A stretch of 64,000 nucleotides of DNA from contig CAZFVY010000011.1 in the NCBI GenBank assembly GCA_964522665.1, forward strand, positions 9,564-73,563, written 5' to 3'. The position numbers and the translations under genes were made by a program. The notes under the pieces were generated by a model, which saw only the letters and a program-made list of their open reading frames with translations, was not told the origin of the DNA and searched no databases. Below, piece after piece: positions 57,766-64,000 of this stretch. The stretch comes from an uncultured Verrucomicrobiota bacterium. Lineage in GTDB: Bacteria; Verrucomicrobiota; Verrucomicrobiia; Limisphaerales; CAZFVY01. Every line of letters starts with the position of its first letter. Within the stretch, counting starts at the first letter, position 1.

Positions 57766-58062
57766 CTATTTTCGGGTCACCAGCACGCCGACCAACAGGC
57801 CGACGCCAAAGGCGATGCCGAGACTCTGGTAGGGGTGATCGCGGATAACTTTATCCGTCGCCTTGGCGCCTTCAACCGCCTTTTCTTCCAGTTTGGAACA
57901 GGCGCGGCGGGCGCTTTCCACCGTTTCTGAGAGCCGTTCGCGGACCTCTTGAGCCTTTTCGCCGACAGTTCCGGTGGTGGCGCTCAGTAGATCCTCTGAA
58001 TCGCGGACGATGCGCTTAAGGTCCGCGACCAGTTTTTCGGTACTAAATTCATTGGCGCTCAT
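57766..58062 (-). CDS. DUF883 (ElaB/YqjD) tail-anchored protein
   Basis: KLVADLKRIVRDSEDLL, DKVIRDHPYQSLGIAFGVGLLVGVLV. Confidence 0.92.
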   Translation of the reverse strand: MSANEFSTEKLVADLKRIVRDSEDLLSATTGTVGEKAQEVRERLSETVESARRACSKLEEKAVEGAKATDKVIRDHPYQSLGIAFGVGLLVGVLVTRK

Positions 58063-58217
58063 ATTCAAATTCCTTCCGTAATCCGATCTGGCGTTATTGC
58101 CTGAGTGCAAATTACTCCCGAGAGTGAGGCGCGGATAACCGAGAATTGCCAAATGCTGACCTCCGGTTGAGAAGCAAGCCCGCTGAATTAACGGCGGTCG
58201 AGTGGGGACCGCGCCGG

Positions 58218-61200
58218 CTACTCGACGCCGGACGATTTCTCCGGGGCCTCGACCGTCACGGCCATGATGACTGGCGCCGAGTTGTCGGGACCCTTGATGA
58301 ACTCGATGTTTTCGATTGAGTCGGAGCGTTCGGGCCGAAGGACGAGGCGGCGAAGTTGGGCTCCGTTGCGCAGTTCGAATGCGAATTCCGCTCCGGGCAC
58401 TTCAACGCGCCGGATGTAGTCGGCGAAATGGACGCCGTTGGTGAAACTATGATCCTCGATCGCGCCATTGGCATAATGGAGACGCACGATCAGCGAGACG
58501 GTCCCCTTCGGCGTCGCCGGAAAACCCCAGCCGCTGATTCCACTTAAGAGGTGGACTGCTTTCGCAGGTTTGTTGCAGAGCAGGGTCGCGCTCTTGGGGC
58601 GTTCACTGGTCATCGGGGTCATCGGTCCGAACAGGACCAGGGCGTTGGGCACGCTGCCGCCTCGAGGATCGATCAGGTTAAAGGGAACTCCCGAGACCGA
58701 TTTGACGCCCCACGTCTCGAAAATCATACGTTCGGGACCATCGGGATTGATGAACATTCCTTGAACCGTGGAGACGTCGGCGATCTTTTGTAACGGGAGC
58801 GGGAGAAAACGTTCGCTCGGCGTGAGAAAATCGAGCAATGACACCAGGTCCTCGGCCGGTATTCCTTCGAAGCCCTCCGGCATGAGCGAAAGCGGGGAAC
58901 TGGTGATCTGTTTGACATCCTGGCGGAGCACCAGGTGGCGGGCGCCCTGGCTGTCGAGCAGTTCGACGCTGGTTTTATTGTCCGCCGTCAGCAGGCCACT
59001 CAGGCTCTGGCCGTCTTTGGTCTCGATGATGTATTGTCGGTAGTTGCCCTCGACCGACCGATTCGGATCAATGATGTTGATCAGGAACTCCTCGCGGTTG
59101 CCGCCGGCGAATCCGGTGAGGTCCGGACCGATGCTGGCGCCCTCGCCGTTGAACCGGTGGCAAACCGCGCAGTTCTTCTGAAACACCTGTTTACCCTGGG
59201 TTGCGTTGCCGTGCTGGCGGGTGAGGGGAAGCAGGCGGTCAACAACCTTTTGCCGGTCGGGGTTCGGGAGGCGCCCGCCGCTGGCGAAGAGCTTTTTGGC
59301 GCGCTCGGCGAGGGACGCATCGGAGCCGCGGACCAGACGCTGCACTTGGATCACGTTCAAGTCGCCGACCGAAACGTCGCCGCGCTCAAGGCCGGCCAGC
59401 AGGGAGCGCGACCAGTCGGTGCGCGCCAAGAGGACACCCAGGACCGCTTGCCGAAGCCGCGGAGTCAATCCGGGCCAACGGGCCATCAGGGCCGGGCCTA
59501 CTTCGGGGAGGGAGGTTTGGCCCAAGGCATCGACAATTCCGACCGCCAGCTCGGGCGAAGTTTGCGGCTCAATGGCCGCCAGAAGGTCGTTCATGGTTTT
59601 CGAATCACTCGCAAGCGACATCAGTTCCCGCGCGGCCTGAATGCGGGTATCGTCGGTTTCGCCGGCGGCGGTGGCCTTGGCGAGCATCTGTTTCTTCACC
59701 TCGCCCAGGTCGGCTTGAAATTTGTCGCCGACGCCCCAACGGTTGGCGAGCGAGGCGAGTTGCAATTGCGCGGAAAGCGAAAGCTTGCGCAGCAGATTGC
59801 TCAGGTCGTGTTCAAATTGCGGCGTCATCTCGGGCGGCCGGTTCATCGGCCATCCCGCGGCCAAGCCCGCGATCATGGATTCCGATAGCCCCGCCGTCAT
59901 CGGCACGTAGAGCGCCGTAAGACCGGCCACGCTGTCGATCGGGCCGCCCCGCGCATAGTGCTCGGCGAAGACGCGGACAGCTTGATTGAGGGTCTTGGCA
60001 ACGCTTTCCGGGGGTTGAATCCGGGTCACCGCGCGCAAGAACGTCAGATCATTCTGCGCCGCGGCGCTGATCGCGGCCAGCGGCAGCCAGCGGTCGCTCA
60101 GATTTTGGGAATTGCTGAGAAAATCCGCGACCGCGACCCCGGCTTCCTCGACCCCCGGCATCTCCGCCAGCGCCAAGAGAGCATCTTTCTGGACCATCGC
60201 GTCCGGGTCTTTGAGCAGGCCGAGGCTGAGGATCGTGGCGACTGAATCGGACTTGCGGGGCAGGATCGTCAAGGCGGCGCGGCGCACCACCGGAGCCGGA
60301 TGCGTTAAGCCGGCGCGCAAGACCGCCGTCATTTTCGATTCGGCGCCGGCGAACGCTCCGAGGCCGTCCAGCGCGTAAAGCGCGTGCGTGGCGGCGAGGG
60401 AATTGGTTCCCGCCGTGATCAACGCCGCGAGCATCGGAATCGCATCCTTGCGATCCTGATCGACCAGGAGCCGTTGAGCGGAGAGGCGCCAGAAGCGATT
60501 GTCGTCGTTCAAAGTCTCGACCAGCGCGGCGGTCTTGGCCTGACGCAGATCGCGCGCGGTGGGGAGCTTGGCTGGGTCATGGACGATTCGGTAAACGCGG
60601 CCGTGCTCCTTGTCGCGGAGGGGGGTGACATAAGCGTTGCCCGGGCCGTTCTCGAAGCCTTTTGGAACCGGGTTGTGCTGGATGATGTAATTATACCAAT
60701 CGAGAACCCACACCGCCCCGTCAGGTCCAACTTGGGCGGCGATTGGAGCGGTCCAGGCGTCACTGCTCGCCAGCAAATTGTATCCGTCACGAGCGATGAA
60801 CTCGCTGCCCCGCCGGATGAGTTTGTCGATATGCACCAGGTGGCCGGTCGGCTCGCAGACGAACGCGGTGTCGCGCCAAAATGATTCTGGATAGGCGCGC
60901 GCCGTGTAAACCTCGAAACCAGCCGCCGCGGTATAGCCGCCAAACACGTCCACCTGCCGTACGTCGCCGGTCACCGGGTGAAATCGCTTGTGGTCATCGA
61001 TGCCGACGCAACCCTGACCGTGCCAGCCGCGCACGGCCTCGAAATAACGGTTCGGAATCGCGAGGTGGACCGCATGTTCGTTGTTGGCGGTGGAACAGAA
61101 GATATCGCCCTCTTCATTTTGCCCGAATCCCCAGGTATTATTGCTGGTTCCCGCGAGGACTTCGAAGGCCGAGCCGTTCGCCCGAAAGCGGAACAGGCCG

Positions 61201-62567
61201 GCGCGCAACTCGTGGACGGTTTTGCCGACGCGGACGGCGCCGCCACTATAACCCACGGAACCATACACCCAGTTATCCAATCCGTAGCGGAGGTTGGAGA
61301 GGACGGCGTGAGTGTCACTCCGGCCAAAACCGGTGTAAATGATCCGGCGTTCGTCCGCGACGTCGTCACCGTTGGTGTCTTTCAGAAACAGGATGTGGGG
61401 AGCGATAGCGACGATCACGCCACCGTTGGCGAAGGCCAGCCCGGTGGGCAGGTTCAGGTGATCGGCGAAGACGGTGAATTTGTCGGCGCGACCATCGTGG
61501 TCCGTGTCTTCGCAGATAACGATACGGTCGTGCCCATTTTGTAGCGGATCGCTCGACAATTGGTTCGGATAATCAACGCTTTCAACGACCCAAAGCCGGC
61601 CGCGCTCGTCCCAAGCCATCGCGATTGGTTTTACAATGTCCGGCTCGGCGGCGAAGAGTTCGGCGTGAAATCCCTCCGGCAGATGCATGTGCCGAATGGA
61701 TTCCTCCGGGGGAAGCGGCGCTTGCATGGTGTCCTGCTCCTGGCTGCTGCCCCACGCGGCGCCTTCGACGTAGCGCGGCACACGGGCGGGAACGTACCGC
61801 ATCGCCGGCAGGTCCTCATCCTGGCGCCGGGTCGTCCAACGGATTCCGTTCTCGAGCAGTTTCTGAAACTCAGGGCGCCGCCAGATTTCCGGGTAGTGGC
61901 CGCCGGCGGTGTAGAAGACGCGGCCTTTGCCTTGCTCCCTGGTCCAGGTCCACGGTTCCATTCCCTGCGCGTGCTCGCGGACCATCAATACCCGCAGATC
62001 ATCCCGCAGTTTAGCGTGAAGATAGGATTCATCCCGCGCGGCAATGCTCGTGGCGCCGAGCATCGCGGGATGCTGCGCGTCAATGATCGTCGGGCGAAAG
62101 ACCTCGACGCCGTGCGAGGCGAATTGGCCGCCCAACAGGGCGGTGTAGCGCTCGCTGTTTCCGAAGGCCGCCGAGGCGCAATGCACCGCGACCAGCCCTT
62201 TGCCACCTTCGACGAAATCGATCAGCGCTTGCTCCGAGGCGGCGGGAAGTTCGTGGATATTGTTGTAGAGCAGGAGAGAGTCGTAGCGGGCCAGCGTCGG
62301 TTGATTGAGCGCCGAGACGTCATTGGTGTAGTCGATTTGGATTCCGTGGCTGGCCAGGGCGGGGATGATAATCTCCGCCTTGCCAGCCGGGTCGTGTCCC
62401 GCCTCGTTGAGCCGGTCGCCGACAAAGAGCACGGTGAGTTTGCTCGAGTCGCCCGCTTTAACGTTCAGCTGAAGGGCGATCAAAAGGGCCAGCGCCGCGT
62501 ACGGCCGTCGCCCGCCGACCCGGCGCCAGCGTCGGGCGTTAAATAGGTAGTGAAGGGAAGTCAGCAT
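58218..62567 (-). CDS. PVC-type heme-binding CxxCH protein: ThuA-like domain, dehydrogenase-like propeller, HEAT repeats, cytochrome c and C-terminal beta-sandwich
   Basis: GRVFYTAGGH (ThuA); ELFAAEPDIVKPIAMAWDERGRLWV; YGLDNWVYG; GPDGAVWVLDWY; CAVCH; IGPDL; SLMPEG. Confidence 0.92.
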   Translation of the reverse strand: MLTSLHYLFNARRWRRVGGRRPYAALALLIALQLNVKAGDSSKLTVLFVGDRLNEAGHDPAGKAEIIIPALASHGIQIDYTNDVSALNQPTLARYDSLLLYNNIHELPAASEQALIDFVEGGKGLVAVHCASAAFGNSERYTALLGGQFASHGVEVFRPTIIDAQHPAMLGATSIAARDESYLHAKLRDDLRVLMVREHAQGMEPWTWTREQGKGRVFYTAGGHYPEIWRRPEFQKLLENGIRWTTRRQDEDLPAMRYVPARVPRYVEGAAWGSSQEQDTMQAPLPPEESIRHMHLPEGFHAELFAAEPDIVKPIAMAWDERGRLWVVESVDYPNQLSSDPLQNGHDRIVICEDTDHDGRADKFTVFADHLNLPTGLAFANGGVIVAIAPHILFLKDTNGDDVADERRIIYTGFGRSDTHAVLSNLRYGLDNWVYGSVGYSGGAVRVGKTVHELRAGLFRFRANGSAFEVLAGTSNNTWGFGQNEEGDIFCSTANNEHAVHLAIPNRYFEAVRGWHGQGCVGIDDHKRFHPVTGDVRQVDVFGGYTAAAGFEVYTARAYPESFWRDTAFVCEPTGHLVHIDKLIRRGSEFIARDGYNLLASSDAWTAPIAAQVGPDGAVWVLDWYNYIIQHNPVPKGFENGPGNAYVTPLRDKEHGRVYRIVHDPAKLPTARDLRQAKTAALVETLNDDNRFWRLSAQRLLVDQDRKDAIPMLAALITAGTNSLAATHALYALDGLGAFAGAESKMTAVLRAGLTHPAPVVRRAALTILPRKSDSVATILSLGLLKDPDAMVQKDALLALAEMPGVEEAGVAVADFLSNSQNLSDRWLPLAAISAAAQNDLTFLRAVTRIQPPESVAKTLNQAVRVFAEHYARGGPIDSVAGLTALYVPMTAGLSESMIAGLAAGWPMNRPPEMTPQFEHDLSNLLRKLSLSAQLQLASLANRWGVGDKFQADLGEVKKQMLAKATAAGETDDTRIQAARELMSLASDSKTMNDLLAAIEPQTSPELAVGIVDALGQTSLPEVGPALMARWPGLTPRLRQAVLGVLLARTDWSRSLLAGLERGDVSVGDLNVIQVQRLVRGSDASLAERAKKLFASGGRLPNPDRQKVVDRLLPLTRQHGNATQGKQVFQKNCAVCHRFNGEGASIGPDLTGFAGGNREEFLINIIDPNRSVEGNYRQYIIETKDGQSLSGLLTADNKTSVELLDSQGARHLVLRQDVKQITSSPLSLMPEGFEGIPAEDLVSLLDFLTPSERFLPLPLQKIADVSTVQGMFINPDGPERMIFETWGVKSVSGVPFNLIDPRGGSVPNALVLFGPMTPMTSERPKSATLLCNKPAKAVHLLSGISGWGFPATPKGTVSLIVRLHYANGAIEDHSFTNGVHFADYIRRVEVPGAEFAFELRNGAQLRRLVLRPERSDSIENIEFIKGPDNSAPVIMAVTVEAPEKSSGVE

Positions 62568-62724
62568 GAGACGCAACGAGGTTCGTGGGAGGACGCCAGC
62601 GATTCTAGGCAAACGACCCGATGGTCGTCCGCCGACGGGAATAGCGAATCGGGAAAGGCAAAGCGCCCAATCCCGGATCGCGTGGGCCGCCGGTCATCCG
62701 CGGCATGGGTTCGCGCGGGCGCGA

Positions 62725-63519
62725 TTACCACCAGAAGCTGGGGTCCCCGGTCGTTCTGACGACCAGTTTTTCAAATTTTCGCCATTCGACGTGCTGATCG
62801 AGGCAGAGGAGATTGCCGCCAGCGGGCATTTTGCCAATGAGGTGAGGGCTTGAGTGGGGTTCGGACCAGCCGCCCATGATTGAAGTATAATTATTGTTGC
62901 TACGAATCCGCTGATCGCTGCCTTGCGAGAGGGTCGCATCCGCGACGTAGATCGATTCGATCGGCGACAGGATATATTCGAGCGCCTGGTATTTGATCAC
63001 CTGGGGCGTCAACTTGGCGACGATGTTCGTTGAAAGCACGCGGGGCGAGTCTTTGGTCGCGAACGCGTAGCCGATCACCCGGAAGGTGGTGGTGAAGCTC
63101 CAAAGCGTGTCGTTGTCCTGCTTCGCGAAGGAGGGACAATACAACATGTGGCGATTGAAACCTTGCTGCTCCATGAGGGTAATCGTGCCGACGGGCATGT
63201 CCCAGGGCCAGTTCCCCACCATGTTGTTATATGACATCGTGGGCAGGAAGTCGGCGTTGTCGTTGGCGTACATTACGCAGGCGATGCCGACTTGATGGAG
63301 GTTGCTCTTGCACTTGGTCCGCTTGGCCATCTCCTTCGATTTCGCCAGGCCAGGCAGCAGCAGCGAGGCCAGGATGGCGATGATCGCGATCACAACGAGC
63401 AACTCGATGAGTGTGAAGCCCAAACGGAAGGCGCACCCCGCCGAGCCGGCGCGAGGGAGCGCGGCGTTACGGCGCCAGCGGACGTTCTCGGAACGATTAG
63501 CTAAGTTGAGTCTAAACAT
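62725..63519 (-). CDS. Prepilin-type N-terminal cleavage/methylation protein (DUF1559-like; DQH variant)
   Basis: LG|[24 protein letters not shown]; CKSNLHQ; YCPS; [13 protein letters not shown]. Confidence 0.9.
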   Translation of the reverse strand: MFRLNLANRSENVRWRRNAALPRAGSAGCAFRLGFTLIELLVVIAIIAILASLLLPGLAKSKEMAKRTKCKSNLHQVGIACVMYANDNADFLPTMSYNNMVGNWPWDMPVGTITLMEQQGFNRHMLYCPSFAKQDNDTLWSFTTTFRVIGYAFATKDSPRVLSTNIVAKLTPQVIKYQALEYILSPIESIYVADATLSQGSDQRIRSNNNYTSIMGGWSEPHSSPHLIGKMPAGGNLLCLDQHVEWRKFEKLVVRTTGDPSFWW

Positions 63520-63697
63520 AAGCACGGTCTTTCGGTGAAGTTGAAATCCCTGGGGCGCACACGCAAGGCGCAGGTCGCGCGGCGTACCGCCCCGGAATGA
63601 GGAAAAACTTGGAACGACCGATCCGTGTCGCTCCAGCGGCGGAAAAGCCGCTCGGATCGGAGGCGCGTTGGTCGGCTGGTTTAATCAAGCGATTAGG

Positions 63698-63725
63698 AAA
63701 AAAGGGGCCGGTCGGAACCGGCCCC
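63698..63725 (-). terminator. Rho-independent terminator
   Basis: Minus strand GGGGCCGGT-TCCG-ACCGGCCCC-TTTTTT, ~50 nt after the stop at 63775. Confidence 0.8.
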
Positions 63726-63774
63726 ATGTGTGTGTCCTCAGGGAGTAGTCCGCCGTGCTCCCCAAATTGCAAGG

Positions 63775-64000
63775 TTAATGTTGGAGTCGGTAGAACTTGG
63801 CGGCCGCGGTGGCGGCGACCGTGACTTGGTTTTGTCCATTGGCCACGACGGGGGTGCCCGCAACGGCGGCCCAGGAGGCCGCGGCGCCGAGCGCGCTGGT
63901 CGCCTGAAGCGTGTAGGTCGTGGAAGATACCGGCCACGAGATGGTCACCTGGCCCGCGTTCCAGGTCGCGGTGAGGCGGCGCGACGCGACCTCGCTCGGC
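63775..64000 (-). CDS. 3' end of an exported protein: C-terminal 'FYRL' module (gene begins beyond the window)
   Basis: Manual translation ...RLTATWNAGQVTISWPVSSTTYTLQATSALGAAASWAAVAGTPVVANGQNQVTVAATAAAKFYRLQH*. Confidence 0.8.
   Translation of the reverse strand, partial: PSEVASRRLTATWNAGQVTISWPVSSTTYTLQATSALGAAASWAAVAGTPVVANGQNQVTVAATAAAKFYRLQH

Noticed and set aside
1-64000. CRISPR array, rRNA, tRNA
   Set aside because: No regularly spaced direct repeats and no T-loop/cloverleaf or rRNA signatures found by eye. A tRNAscan/Infernal run would be decisive.

Overview
GC-rich chromosomal window with no prophage, IS, CRISPR, rRNA or tRNA that I can see. Gene content points to Verrucomicrobiota, Pedosphaera/Limisphaera-like (inference). 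Markers are four prepilin-type '[13 protein letters not shown]' genes, two DUF1501, a DUF1549/DUF1553 protein, a planctomycete-cytochrome/WD40 protein, a PVC-type CxxCH protein and a propeller-type sensor kinase. Housekeeping genes: gcvP, bioB, dsbD, livKHMGF, lpxD, rfaE2 and an elaB-yqjE-yqjK-like operon. The start of an arsenosugar-type locus (TIGR04282-family gene plus arsS) lies at the left edge. Best second-look items: (1) a biotin synthase whose auxiliary Fe-S ligands are rewired: E. coli C97/C128/R260 equivalents read G/D/M, and an extra Cys precedes the SAM motif, so it resembles Type II BioB but with Asp at one ligand position; (2) a ceramidase-like gene ending in an in-frame, doubly deleted relic of a PVC-type heme protein, translationally coupled to the arsenosugar genes; (3) a shared ~70-aa C-terminal 'F[YF]R' module on three exported proteins, each close to a pseudopilin gene; (4) a DUF1501x2-DUF1549/1553-PPC-WD40/cytochrome operon with long coiled-coil inserts; (5) at least six genes with leaderless-type promoter geometry. 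Several ORF-track starts were moved to more plausible internal starts. All family assignments come from motif recognition by eye; no searches were run.
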